Positions 36,965-50,000 of a stretch of DNA of 64,000 bases are shown piece after piece. The DNA comes from Sminthopsis crassicaudata (Eukaryota): NCBI RefSeq assembly GCF_048593235.1, contig NC_133620.1, positions 96,474,852-96,538,851 of the forward strand, read 5' to 3'. Made by a program: the position numbers and the translations under genes. Under the pieces are notes generated by a model. That model did no database searches. It saw nothing but the letters and a program-made list of their open reading frames with translations, and was not told the DNA's origin. Positions within the stretch are counted from its first letter, which is position 1; the number at the start of each line of letters is the position of its first letter.

Positions 36965-37419
36965 TCTATTATCTAGCTAGCTAGCTATTTATCTTCATCT
37001 CTCTATATCTATCTATATCTACATGTCTATAGTACTTGATTTATCTATCTCTGTATATCTATGTTGCTGAGCTGAGATCCTGTTGCTCTATGCGATCCTG
37101 GATTCTGGACTCCCTACTTCCACTTTCCCTGGGCAAGGGAACAGTTCTCTTTTCTCCTAGGCCTGCCAGGAAATGAGCTAGAATGGAGAGCTAGGGAGAT
37201 CCCACTGGTGTCATATCCAAACCAAACTAACACATACATACATACACAGAGGACTCACACATACATCTATAAATTATTCACAGATAAACTTAACAACATA
37301 CATACACACATATGTTTACAATATGTATCTATATGTATGCAATATCTAAATGTACACAATATCTATATGTATATTTATGTTTTATAAATGTTTTTATAAA
37401 TTGTTTTATAAATGTGTTT

Positions 37420-38260
37420 ATAGCCCCAACTGATAAATGGTCAAAGGATATGAACAATTTTCAGATAAAGAAATTAAAGCCAAATATTAAAAAATGCTCT
37501 AAATCACTATTGATTAGAGAAATAAAAATTAAAACAACTCTCTCAGGTTGGCTAAAACATAAAAGAAAAATGTTGGAGGGGATGTGGGAAAATTGGGACC
37601 CTAATGCAGTGTTGGTGGAGTTGTGAAATGATCTAACCATTCTTGAAAGTCATTTGAAACTATGACCAAAGGGCTATAAAACTGTGTGTACTCTTTGATT
37701 CAGCAGTGCTGCTTCTGGTTATGTATCCCAAGGAAATAATTTATGCAAAAATGTTTGTAGCACCTCTTTTTGTTGTGACAAAGAATTGGAAAATGAATAG
37801 ATGCCCATCAACTGGGGAATGACTAAATAAGTTATGGTATTTGGAAATAATAGAATATTATTGTTCTATTAAAAATTATGAAAAGGTAATTTTTAAAAGC
37901 CTGGAAAGATTTATACAAACTGATGCTGAGCGAAACAAGTAGAACCAGGAATACAGTGTATACAGCAACAGCAAAATTGTGCGATGATCAACTATGAAGG
38001 ACTTGGTTCTTCTCAACAATTCAATGATCCAAAGCAATCCCAATAAACTTTGGATAGAAAACACCATCTGCATCCAGAGAGAGAACTATGGAGAATGAAT
38101 GTAAATCAACACATGCCATTTTCACTTTTTTTCCTTTTTCTTCTGCATTTTTTCCTCTTATGGTTTTCCCCTTTTGTTCTGATTTTTCTCTTCTTACCTG
38201 ATTCATAAAGAAATATGTATCTTAAAAACTAATGTACATGTATAATCAGAAAAAAAGAAA
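37420..38260 (+). mobile_element. L1 fragment: decayed ORF2 C-terminus plus 3' UTR
   Basis: From 37571 it translates CWRGCGKIGTLMQCWWSCE (the L1 ORF2 C-terminal cysteine-rich motif), followed by a typical marsupial L1 3' UTR and an A-rich tail. Confidence 0.85.
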
Positions 38261-41200
38261 ACAATTTTTAAAGTAAAAATAAATAAATATATGGATATAG
38301 TCACAAAACATACAGGTATGAATATATAGCAGCACAGTTATTCGCATTTAAATTCTCTATCCTGGGATTGGCTACATTAACGAGAGTTAGAAAGACTTTG
38401 GAAGATACAGAAGGCATGGTTCATGGGAGAAACAACTCCTATCTGTTGGACTGATAGTTTCTTGACTCCCAATCTCAAACTGGGCTCAAATCACTTTCCT
38501 CATCCAAATCTTCTGAATATGATCAAGTTGGAACTACACATAAAACACACAAAGATGCAGATAGGATACCTTGTTCAGTGCCAATGTGTTAGAGTTCTGG
38601 CCCAACCTAGATGAAGCCAGAAGAAAGGGCCAACAAGATCCATTCTGTCTGGAGAAGGCTGGTAAGAGACTAGTTTATTTCACTCATGCCAGGCAGAGAT
38701 GCTACATTAGTCCAATACTGGACTAGGGATTCAGCTACCTGTACTCTTGGCTGAGGGAATAAAGGTGAACTCTCTAACCTATATCCCACTTTTCCTTTCA
38801 GAAGTCCTCAATCAGTCATTGTAATGAAGTAAAAAGAACACTGAGTCAACTACTCAAGAAAACAAGGTTCCAGACTCCAGCTATAATAGGATTGTTGGTC
38901 ATTGGTCAAATTGCTGACATTCTCTGAGTCCCAGTTTCCTCATCTGTAAGATGAGGGGGGGAGTGGACCAGATGCTCTGTAAAGTCCCTTAAAGCTATAA
39001 AATTTTATGAGTCTTAGAATACTCCTTGGCATCTTCACGTGCTCAAAGGGAGTTGAATGATTAAGGGTGCTGTGGAAAAGTGCTTTGCTGGGGGTAGGAA
39101 GGAAAGCTGCTCCCTGAACTGGTCCCCAGGGCTCTGCAGTCTGGTCATCCACCTGGAACAAGGTTGACCCTTAGGCTGACCTGAGCCATGCAGAGAATCT
39201 AGCTCCCTCCGTGGGGGGCCATCAGAGCTAATGTTTAACTCCCCACTCCCTCATCTGGCTCAGCACTTTAGCCCCAGTTTCCGGAGACCAGCCCTACCCA
39301 GCCCTGCCCTGCCATATACTATACTCCCAGGGTGAGACTTCCCCATATGGTAGTGGAGTATGGACTCAGAGAGGAGGCTCTATACAACAGAGACAAGAGG
39401 TAGCTGTCATCCAAGTGTTAGATGTTCTCCCCAAGGGCTTAGCTTCTGGAGTTATAGATACCCAGTCTGCCCTGGGGACTGACTGACTGTCTTACTCTGA
39501 TCCTGCCAATGAGAAGTACTACAAGTATGCTCCACCCTCCAACAACAATGGAGCCCTGCCTGGTGAACTATTGTCAACTAAAGAGCAAGCTCCCTGAGAA
39601 GCCTCCACTTTGTAGTACCAAGGGTAAAGGCACAAGCTTGACTCATTCACACATGTTCCTTGTATATCCTCTGTAGCTTATGTTTTTCTCTCAAAGTACA
39701 GAAGGTTTTCCAAGTCCTCATACCCCACCCTTTTTTTTCTTCTTAATTCCTCAAGAGGTTCACGGTACAATGGGAAAGGTGTTGAATTTGGAAATCAACT
39801 GTTCCTTGTTCCCTGATTCTGCCACTTATCACATGGGTATGCTTGGGCAAGTCAACTCTCCTAGGGATTAAACTAAATTCTCACAAGTCCTTACCAACCC
39901 TACGTTTGTTGTACTATTGTACTTTGCCTACAAAGCCTACTGATGGAAACCAGGTTCCTGTCTAATCAGGTAAAAATTTCCTGCCAGAAAAGAGCCAGGT
40001 TTCTGTTTTGTATTCATGATTGGATTTGAAAGCTAAGTGGTTACTTATATACATGAGAAATGTATAAAAGAGAATAGATATACTCTCAGAGTCATCCAAT
40101 CCAGCCCTCTGTCTCCACTTAGGGTTCCATGTAAATCATCCCATAAAACTATCAATCCTACCTCTAAGAACTCTTAGATAATAATTCTATCCTTTCCTCC
40201 CCATCATTTCCAGAGCTTTGTAAATTATTTTCCAATAGAACATGAGGATTTTTTGAAAGCAGAGGATATTTAAATCTCAAGTCTAGCAGAGTTGCTGGTT
40301 CACTGTCAGTGTTTCATGAATATTTATCGACTGATTGATCATCTAGCTTGGATTGCTCTCAATGCATCCAAAAGCCACCTGATCATCTTTCTCCTTTCCC
40401 AGAGGATATGCAACATCATATTCAATTTTACAAACATTTGCCAAATACCTATTATTTGTCAGACCTGGTGCTAAATTGTGCTAAAAACCAAATGGGAAAA
40501 GTCTCTGCCCTCAAGGAGCTTACAGTCAACTAATAGATTCAATACAATCCCCTGCTGGGAGACAGAAAGTGACAGCAGATGACCTCAGGAATACCTTTCG
40601 ATGGGGCCCAGCAGGGTTGAGATTCTCAGAGGGTTAGGCTGAGAGAGCTGTTTCCATCTGTCTATTTGGATTGGCTTCTCCCTCAGTCCCTCCCTGCTTC
40701 CCACAGCCGCAGGCCTGGGGCCCTGTGTTTACCAGGTGTTTGCCTTAACTCCAACCCACAGATTGTCCTCATAGCCTTTGTATGGCAGGGTGGAGGCTGC
40801 AATCTGCCAGGGTCCCCCGATTAATGGGCTAGACTGGCAAGACTGAGATTTGGCTTTTGTGTTTGGGTTGGGCCCTAATAAAAAAAGGGCAGTACCTAAG
40901 AGAAAAGCAAAGATAAGGAAGGAGAAGGCTATTCCCTGGACCCAGGCCAGCAGGGTGGGTCTAAATGAGGAGGGGTGGGTTTCTGTGGCCAGTTGGGCAT
41001 AGGGCCCAAACCCCATCTTCTGTTGGGTTTACCAAGCTCAACAGGTTTTCCAGCTTCTTCATCTGTGTATGTATGTATGTATATATGTTTATGTCTGTGA
41101 GAGAGAGACAGAAACAGAGAATGATGCAGAGAGATAGGCAGAGTGGGTGGGGTGGGAGAGAGAGACAGGGAAACACAGAGACACAGAGACAGAGAGGAAA

Positions 41201-44200
41201 ACAGAAAAAGAGACAGAGCCAAAGACAGAAAGAGAGAGAATTCTGGGAGAGACATCCTTAAATATATATATATATCCCATGCTCAGCCCAGTGAGTTGCT
41301 TGTGTCATGTCACCAATCTTAACAAAATGAAATGACTTTCCTTTATAGTATAACATCTAGGTCCATCCTCAGGGACCAGGCCATAGTGGAAAGTGTCCTC
41401 AAGGCTCTGGGAGTGAATACCCCACTGCCCCTCTGGGGGAACCTGGTCCAACAGCCCTTACTGGAGTTTACAGGCTTCTCTGTCTTAGATTGTAGGTTCT
41501 GCCCTGAGGAGCCTGGGCCCTGCCCTTTGTACCTTCATTCTCTCCTGGCTTTAATAACTGAAAATGCTCTAAGGAAAATAGAGGGTAGAGCTGGGCCTAG
41601 TACATTTTTAGTTTCAAGAGAGGGTAAGAAGTCAGACAAATTCAGGCAGTATGGTTTCTCATTTGCTACCACTGTCTGTGGAACCTGGAGGTGGCCAACA
41701 AGCTTTAGAAAGCAGTCACCGCTCAGGGAATAATAGCCAGTTCCAACTGGGGCCAGTGTCAAGAGTTGTCACATCCTGCCTGGACTTCATCTGGGGACTT
41801 TGGTCCCTCTAATCAGATGTCCCATTTTTTGTCCTGAAAGGTAGGCTCGTCTGCTTTCTCCTCTCCTTGCCAATTCTCTTCCTGACATGGAAAAGACAAC
41901 TCAACTAACTATCTAGCTAGGTTACAAAGAGAAGAGGATCTGTATTTGGAAGGCAGCAGGATGGTGGGAAGGTCTTCGCCCATAGGTGGAACCTCCAAGT
42001 CTCTCAAGGTCTAGTAAAAATAGGAAGCTAGTGAAAGTAGTGAGGTCTTAGGGAATAGCATGTGAAGGGGAAAGAATAAGGGTCAAAGGGATACAGATGA
42101 AAGCACTGGCTACGATTGAGGAAAAGTAGTTTAAAAAAGAAAAAGGAAAAAAGTCCACTATTCAGAGTGGGAAATATGATTATGGCAGGAGCCACCTGGT
42201 GACAATAATGAGAACTGCAATGTCTCCTCTTGGATAAACAGTGGTCGCAGATATTTAAATTTTACAGAATGGACTTCAGAGGCAATCTAATAAATTTATA
42301 CCTGAACAGCTCATTAAACTTTGAGACAACTCAACTTGTTCAAAGATTTTTCCACAGGTAGAGATTAAATCTGCTTCTCTGCAACTGCTACCCATTACAA
42401 TTTAGAAAAGAATTTAATGGGAAAAATTCAATTTGCAAAAATTTACTTTGCTAATGTTTCTGTAACACATTTTCCATAAAGAGATGTATGCCTATATAAA
42501 CAGTTAAATCCAATTTGATTCAGATTATGTGGAAAGCAGTGAAATCCAGTTACCCTCAGATGAGGGAGGTGGTAGAAGGTTGGCACCAGGCAGGAGAAGG
42601 GCAAAAATGGAGCCTGGCTGGGTTGTAAAGGGGAAATCACTACCCCCTTTCCACTTGTGGATAGTTCTAAATGCTAAGTAATTTTTCCTAACACTTAGTT
42701 AATATCTCTGCAACTGCCACCCACTGATTCCACCCATTGTCTCTAGTTTTGTAGTCTTGGATCAAGTAAAAAATGCCTAATTCTTTTTTTCCACAAGACA
42801 GAAATAGGGAATAAAAATCAGAATAAAGGACAGCAAGGAAAGTTCAGTGGTCTTTCATCTAATTTTTATCCTCCAAATATGAGCTTAAAGTAGGATTGCC
42901 CGTAGAAAAATTGAAGTTACAACTGAATATCCCAGAACTAGCAGAGAGAGCTCAGAATCTGGGTTGGATTTTCCCATTCCTGAAGGAGAAGACAAAGATG
43001 GGGCAAATGGGGATAGAAAGCCTGTGATAGATTGTCAGGATGACCAGGCTCGGGGGAAAGGAGTTCTAGGTCTGTTTATGGGATGAGTATTAAACTAAAA
43101 ATGGGGAAGAAGAGGGAGCACTGCATACCACCAGTTCTGGAATATCATTTCTCATCATACTACTGGTATATTTAGTCACTGAGCACAGCTTTTAGGATCA
43201 GAATACCATTAATAGTTTGATAATGTAAGGGGATATTCTGTGTGATGTCACAAGGGGTCTAAGTATGGTACAATAGTACAGAAAATATTGATCTTCAACT
43301 CAGAAGCCCAGACTCCTAATATCTAAGGGAGTGCCCAAGTTCCCTTGGATATTTAATTGCTTTGTAACATTAGGCAATTCACCATACCATTCTTAGACCT
43401 TATCCACAAAATAAAATTGATAATAGTCATCTTAACACACAAGATTATAGTGCATCAAGTGATTTGTAAACACACAAGTCAGTCAATCAATCTCTCTGAC
43501 TCTCAACTTTCTTGTTTATAAAATGAGGAAATGGGTGAGGGGTAGATAATCACAGAAATACGGGGTTCAAAAGACCTATGAGGTCTCCCAATCCAGTCCA
43601 TGCCTGAACCATCATGCCCTCAACAACACTTTTAACAAGAGGCCCTTCCTGTGAAGATTTCTAGTAAAGGGAAAACCATTACTCCCATTCCACTTATGGA
43701 CACTTTTAAATGCTTAATGATTTTCAGTAACATTTCACCAAAATTGCCTCTGCCACTGCCACCCACTGTTTCTAATTCTGTGGCCTTGGGCCAGGTGGAA
43801 CAAATCTAATTTTGTGGATGATCCACAAGAAAGCCAACCCTTCAAATAATTAAAGACAGCTATCATGTGCCATCTTCAGGCCAAATAGTCCTTCAACCAA
43901 TCCACATATTCAAAGCCCTCCCCCCATGACTATCATCCTCTGCTTAACAATCTTCTTCCTAAAATGTGGCACACAGAACTGAACCCTGTACTCCAGATAT
44001 GGTATTTATGGTACTATTTCCCTTATACAGATAAGGAAACTGAAGCTTCCAGAAGTCACATGGCTACCTTGAAGCAGAGGTAAGATTAGAACCCATGACT
44101 CAACTCAAATCTCTTTCTTATCTAGCCTCACAAATTCTATGGGAAAGCTTATCTGGGGAAACTGACAGTGTATGTTGCTAGGGAGTTAGAAATGTCAAAA

Positions 44201-45949
44201 AGCCTTCTCCCACCCCAGGTTCCCAAGTCACTGTACTATAAATCCATCTTAACTGAAAAGCCCTCAGCAAAATCAATGAATTTTTCCATTTTAATTCTTA
44301 GAAAATATATTGTGATCATGGCAATGATACTGAGAGATGATCTCAGAAGCTGTTACTGTTTTAATTCTTTCTCAGAAAAATGAAGGTTTCCCTCTAGATC
44401 ATAAATTATAAGCTCCTCCCCACAGCCCCACCAAATGTCTTCCCTACTACCCCCTCCCATATAAATCATTAGAGTACTCAAAATGACCATGAAATTTCAA
44501 CATTTAATGGACAGCATACAACTCACTCAGGCCACACATAAAAGAAGGGAAGGGGAAGACTGTGGAAGAGGGTGGAGGATCCAGATCAACTTTTAGTGGC
44601 AAAGTGAGTGCTCTGAGGCCTGAGGACAAAAAAAGAGTGAGGGGAAAATAACTCAGGGTGCCTCAGTGCCTAAAAATGAGCTAAGGAGATCCACTTAGTT
44701 GAGTATGGTCTGGACTAATGGTTTTTATTTCCTTACTCCTGGGATATTTGCATTTTCCTCCTTTTGGTATTTATTGAGTTCCCAGTTCTGGAGCAGGGAT
44801 GTTATAAGATCTGACTATGGTGAAGAATTGAGAGTGTTAGGAGTGTGATAAGGCTGCAGGAGTCCCCCATCATCAATTCATGTTACAGATCCGAGCATAA
44901 ACCATAGGGAATTGGATGGGTTGGAAAGGATGTGGCAGGTGAACAGAGCAGAGGATGAGATGAAGAGTTATAGGTGACAAGGAAATCCTACAAAGTCTGT
45001 GAAAGCAACCTGTAAAGATAAAGAAATAGAACATAGTCAGTCCCGGTTATTTGTGAATTATACATAGAATAATACTCTTATTTACAGGTTGGCTTTCTCA
45101 GGCAGATAGTGTATACTCAAGGAAGAACAAACTAATTTCTATAGAATCATAAAATCCAAGCATTGGAAGGGAAAACAGAGGTCACTTCATCCCACAAATC
45201 ATCATTCAGCCAGCAAGTGAAGACCTCTCATGACAAAGAACTCATTATGTCTCAAAGACTCCTGGGGTTGGGGGAAGGGAAATGGAGAAGGCAATGTAAT
45301 TGAAAAGAATGCTGGATTTGGAGTCAGGGGTCTAGGTTTAAGATCCCAGATGTTGCTAATTCTCTGTGTGACTTTGGGCAAGTTATTTATCTACCTTTAT
45401 GCCTCAGTTTCTTTATCTGAAAAAATAAAATTAGAAAAAATAAGATTAGACTAGATAAAGCCCATTTCAGTTCTAAATCTATGATAGTAATTGTTAAAAA
45501 GTTTTCTTTCCCTACACTTACTGTAACATACCTAAAAATATTTATGTTAATAATAATAATAATAATAATAGACATTCATATAATGTTTTAAAGTTTGCAA
45601 GTCCAAAAAGGTAATAGGGTGCTTCAGGAGGCAATGGGTTCTCCATCAGCTAAAGTCTTAAGGCACTGGGATAACTGTGGGGATATTCCAGTGGAGATTT
45701 TGTCTCAATTTAGATTGGACTGAATGACCTCCTGAGTCTCTTATCCCTCAAAGATTGTGTTTCGATAATAGTTTTAATCCTGTCCTCATTCATGTGGTGT
45801 TTTGCACCACATTCATTTAGTGGCTTTTTGCAAATGTGATTTATCTTGAACTCTAAATCATTGAAGAGCAATGACTGCATCTTTTAGTCCTCATTCTAAT
45901 TTCTGAGAATAGTGTTGGTAGCAGAGATGAGTCCATGGACAAATGAATA

Positions 45950-45955
45950 TTTATT
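45950..45955 (-). terminator. Candidate TNNI1 polyadenylation signal AATAAA
   Basis: First canonical AATAAA I found on the minus strand after the stop (about 1 kb 3' UTR). No clear GU-rich downstream element, and it may be a repeat tail. Confidence 0.3.
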
Positions 45956-46971
45956 TAAGAGAACCAAAGTCACAAGAGGCTATCGCCTTGGATTTACTGC
46001 TTTAGACTCTTCATATCCTGACTCTTCCTGTAATAGCAGATTATTGATGTTCAGCCATGTCTGACTCTTGCAACCCCATGTCAAAACTATCCGTGGGATT
46101 TTCTTGGCAAAGATACTAGAGTGATTTGCCATTTCTTTCTATAGTAGATTAGGGTAAAGTTACTTGTCCAAGATCACAGAGGTAATGTCTGAAACGGGGT
46201 TTGAACTCAGATCTTCCTGATTCCAGGACTTTTCACTCTGCTATCTAGTTGCTTATCCTCAAGTGAGAAAATTGAGACAATGCAAAATAATGTCCTTGCA
46301 TTCTGTGAATAAACCCATTCCCCATTTTCTGGCATCATACTTTATCCATATTCTTGTCTACTTCCCTTCACTACTCACTCTCTCCTCCAATATCATTATC
46401 TGTGTCCATCTTTTTTGGTTACAGCCAGCTCTAGAATCATATTTTCTTACTATTAGGTGAAATATCCAGAGTGCTGGGTGATATCACCAGAATTTCTGGT
46501 CTCCAAGAACCATGCTATTATGTTCTTCTCTTGGGAGCAAGGAGTGAGTGCCCTAGGCTAACCAGACTCCTCACTCAGATTCAACCCACTTCTCCCTCAC
46601 TACAATATGTAGTGGACATTGATAGAACTAGAAGGAACTTAAGAAACCAGATAGCCCAAGAGCCTCAGTTTACAGATAAGGCAACATAGACTAATGAAAT
46701 GATGTGCCTTGTCCAATGGCATACAGCTTAGAAGCCAACATTCAATCTTATGCGTTCTGCTTCCAAATCCAATATTCTTTCTTCCATGCAAAATGTCTTC
46801 CAAGTTGCCCTCAGCATGACCAGTCTAACCTGATCCTAACATTGGTCATGATTCTCACCCAAATCACAGACCAAGTCCCACATAAGACAAGGGAGATGAA
46901 GGATAAAAAAGAAAGTGGCAAAGAACTGGAGTAAAGGTGGGGTTAGGGCTGTCAGGGTACCCTGGTACCTT

Positions 46972-47079
46972 TCACTGGGAGGTTGGAGACTTGGCTGCAT
47001 CAAACATCTTCTTCCGGCCCTCCATGCCAGACATGGCCTCCACGTTCTTCCGCCAGTCTCCCACTTCCACTGGCCGCTC
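46972..47079 (-). CDS. TNNI1: TNNI1 last coding exon, 108 nt including TGA
   Basis: cctcacag|GAG CGG CCA...; [35 protein letters not shown]. Confidence 0.97.
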   Translation of the reverse strand, partial: ERPVEVGDWRKNVEAMSGMEGRKKMFDAAKSPTSQ

Positions 47080-50000
47080 CTGTGAGGCAGAGACATAATT
47101 CAAAGTTGCAAGAGAAATGACAGTCAGGAAATGAGCTTAGGTTTAGTCACCAAAATGTAAAGCAGGCAGAGGGAAAAAAATCAACTCCTTCAAAAAATAC
47201 AAAGTTCCCCCTCTTGTTTTCCTTCTCTCTATCTCTAAGTCTTAGAAGACTATGATTGCAAGGGAAAACGAAGAAAATATTGAAACTGAAGGAAGGCTCA
47301 AATGTAAAGATAATGTAAAGATCTTCCCATGGGATCGAAGGAAACATCATATGTTGGGGAAAGAGGTTCTTAGTAGTTGTTGAGAAATAGTCAACTACAC
47401 CATCTGTCTTTATTTCAATCCCTAGGACACTTTATTTCAGATGAAAGTGTCCCAGTGATAGAGTAGAGGTCTTACTCTTATCTTTCTCAATCTACTATTG
47501 CCTTCTAAGTCCAATCATTCATCAGTACTTAACTTCAATATTTTCTAAAATAATATCCTATTTTAATTTCCTCTGGGCAGAGATTATGGCTTCACCATTG
47601 AGTTAGAAATTCCTCAAAGGAAAAAACAACTTTCTCTCAATTCCAGCCAATAACAACACAAGATGATAGAATTTGGTGATCACCTACATCTCAAACACTT
47701 TGCATAAATCTATACCTTCTCTTTTATAAAGACATAAATAAATGATCACATGCTAGTCTGAGCCAATTGGACAGACCATTATCTTTCCAACAGGAGATCT
47801 GAAAGGAGAAGTAACAGTTAGTGGTTGAAAGGATGGATTTGTGGAGAGAAGAGGCCCTACCTTCTCTGTGTCCTCCTTCTTCACAGACTTGAGGTTGGCC
47901 CTCAGGTCCATGGACACCTTGTGCTTTGAGCCCAACAGTGCTCGGAGCATGGCATCGGCAGAGACACGGACCCTTCTCAGAGGTGGGCGTTTAAACTTTC
48001 CCCGAAGATCAAGCACTTTCAGCTTCAAGTCCTTGATCTGGCAGAAGGATGAAGAGAGAAGTTTATTGAGAGGGGGAAACCCTCAAAAGAACTATTCAGC
48101 CCCTAAAGGAGATGCCAGAGTATTAAAAGCAGAGTTAAAAGGAACCTCCACCCCAGCTCTCCAAGCAAACAATATCTTCTTAAATATGTTAAAGGAGGTT
48201 TCAGTTCATGTGGTGGTTGAATTTATGTGACTTCTGACCCCATTCCAATTCTGATTCATAGAAATCTATGAACTTCATTAACCCTTGGGCCAGTCCTCCC
48301 AGAACAACAGAGATAAAATACTTTGCATAATCTACCCATCTATCCACTTCAACCCAACAGGTGAGTTGTAAACCTGAAGAGAGTAGCCCTTCAGTGGGAT
48401 GTCTCATCTCTGCCCTCCTGTTTAGTAATGCTGTAATATCCACAGGGAGACAAGTACCATTGTGAAGACTTACTTAGGGTATGGCCAGGTACACCATGGA
48501 TTCAGAGTTGGAATTGAGCTCGGTGATCTTCTAGCCTAATCTCCTCACTTTATATATTTGATGGGCAACGTGTCAGTTTCCTTAGCTATGTGACCCCAGG
48601 CAAATGACAACCTCTCTGAGATTCCATTCCTTACTAATTAAATGGAGACCTTTAGCATCTATCTCACTAGTCCTAATGGTCCATCAGGAAAAGTGATTTG
48701 AGCACACTGATATAAATAATAAGGAGCAGAGAACCTCAGACTCACAATATCATGCTCTTTCTAAGGTGGAAAGTTTATAGACTTGGTTTCCCCTAGTTAT
48801 TTTCAGATATGGCTCTTCTTTCCTGTTTCAGTTTGCACACTAAGAAATTCCAGAGCTAGATTTGTCCATGGACATAAAACAAGAGATTTTCCATGAACAC
48901 AAAACTAAGTGGTAGAACTGTACTTCATAACCAAGTCTTCTTTCCCTAAGACTAATTTCTCAAATGTTTTCCTACTATTCAAAAGGCAAGCCCAGAGATC
49001 CCCTATTTCTAAATGGGATAGTAGGTAACTGAGGCACTTGGCTATGGAGAGAGTCCTTGACCTCCCTATAATTTGTTGTAGTGAAAAGGACACCAGATTT
49101 GAAGGGAGGATCAGGATCAAGTCCTAGCTTTAAGTGCCCTGAGTGTGTGGACCATGAATCATCTCTCTGAACTTCTATATCCTAATGCATAAAATGAATA
49201 TAAAACAATCTAAAACAAACCTGCCTCCCAGGATTTTCGCAAGGAAAGCATTTTTTAAACTTTAAAAGTCTGCACTTTATTATTACTCATTCATCCTATT
49301 ACAGCTTTCTTCCATGCTCTCAGCTCAGCATTCCCCTCAGTCTATGGAAATCCTTACCTCTCTGGTGTTGTGGTTGCATTTGGCTTCAATGTCATACCTC
49401 TCCTCATCCACAACCTCTACCTTAGCATGTAGCTCTCTGCACAAGTCCTGAAAGAAACACAGATTGAGAGAAATAATGAAATTAGGCAACTGGCTCTGTG
49501 AAGTAAAACTCAGATTGAGTCATTTTATCTCATTGGGGTTTTTTTTGGTTTGTTTGTTTGTTTTTTGGTTTGTTTGTTTTGTTTTTTAACCTTCCCTTCT
49601 CCTTCCCCACCCTATCAAATTAGGTATTTCAGAAAAAAAAAAATAAACTTATTCATACTAAGGTAATCATGGCTAATGAGACTTAAAGTCTGCTCCTTCC
49701 CAGGGGCACTTGGATCTTCATAAGGCCCCAAATCTTAAATCAAAGGGATGAATTTTATCAGTGGAATTTGAAACAGGCTAGGTTGAGAAGATTTTTAAGT
49801 GGCAGAAGGGAATTTGCTACCTAGTATGAAATCACAGTCCTGTAAGATAGGTTTCAAATGCATCATCTTCTGAATCGCTTCCTCTTCTTCCATTCACCCT
49901 CCAAACAATTCTCTGTCCACTGACCACGTAATAAGTCCACTACGCACTCTTGCTTTCATTCCTATACTTAAAATACCCTCACTTGAATTTTTCACCTATT

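Noticed and set aside
37312-37626. 104-aa ORF overlapping L1
   Set aside because: A frameshifted L1 ORF2 remnant fused to low-complexity sequence, not an intact gene.
40929-41335. Overlapping ORFs on both strands
   Set aside because: Produced by GA/CA-rich low-complexity sequence.
47841-48230. 129-aa plus-strand ORF
   Set aside because: Antisense shadow of TNNI1 exon 7.
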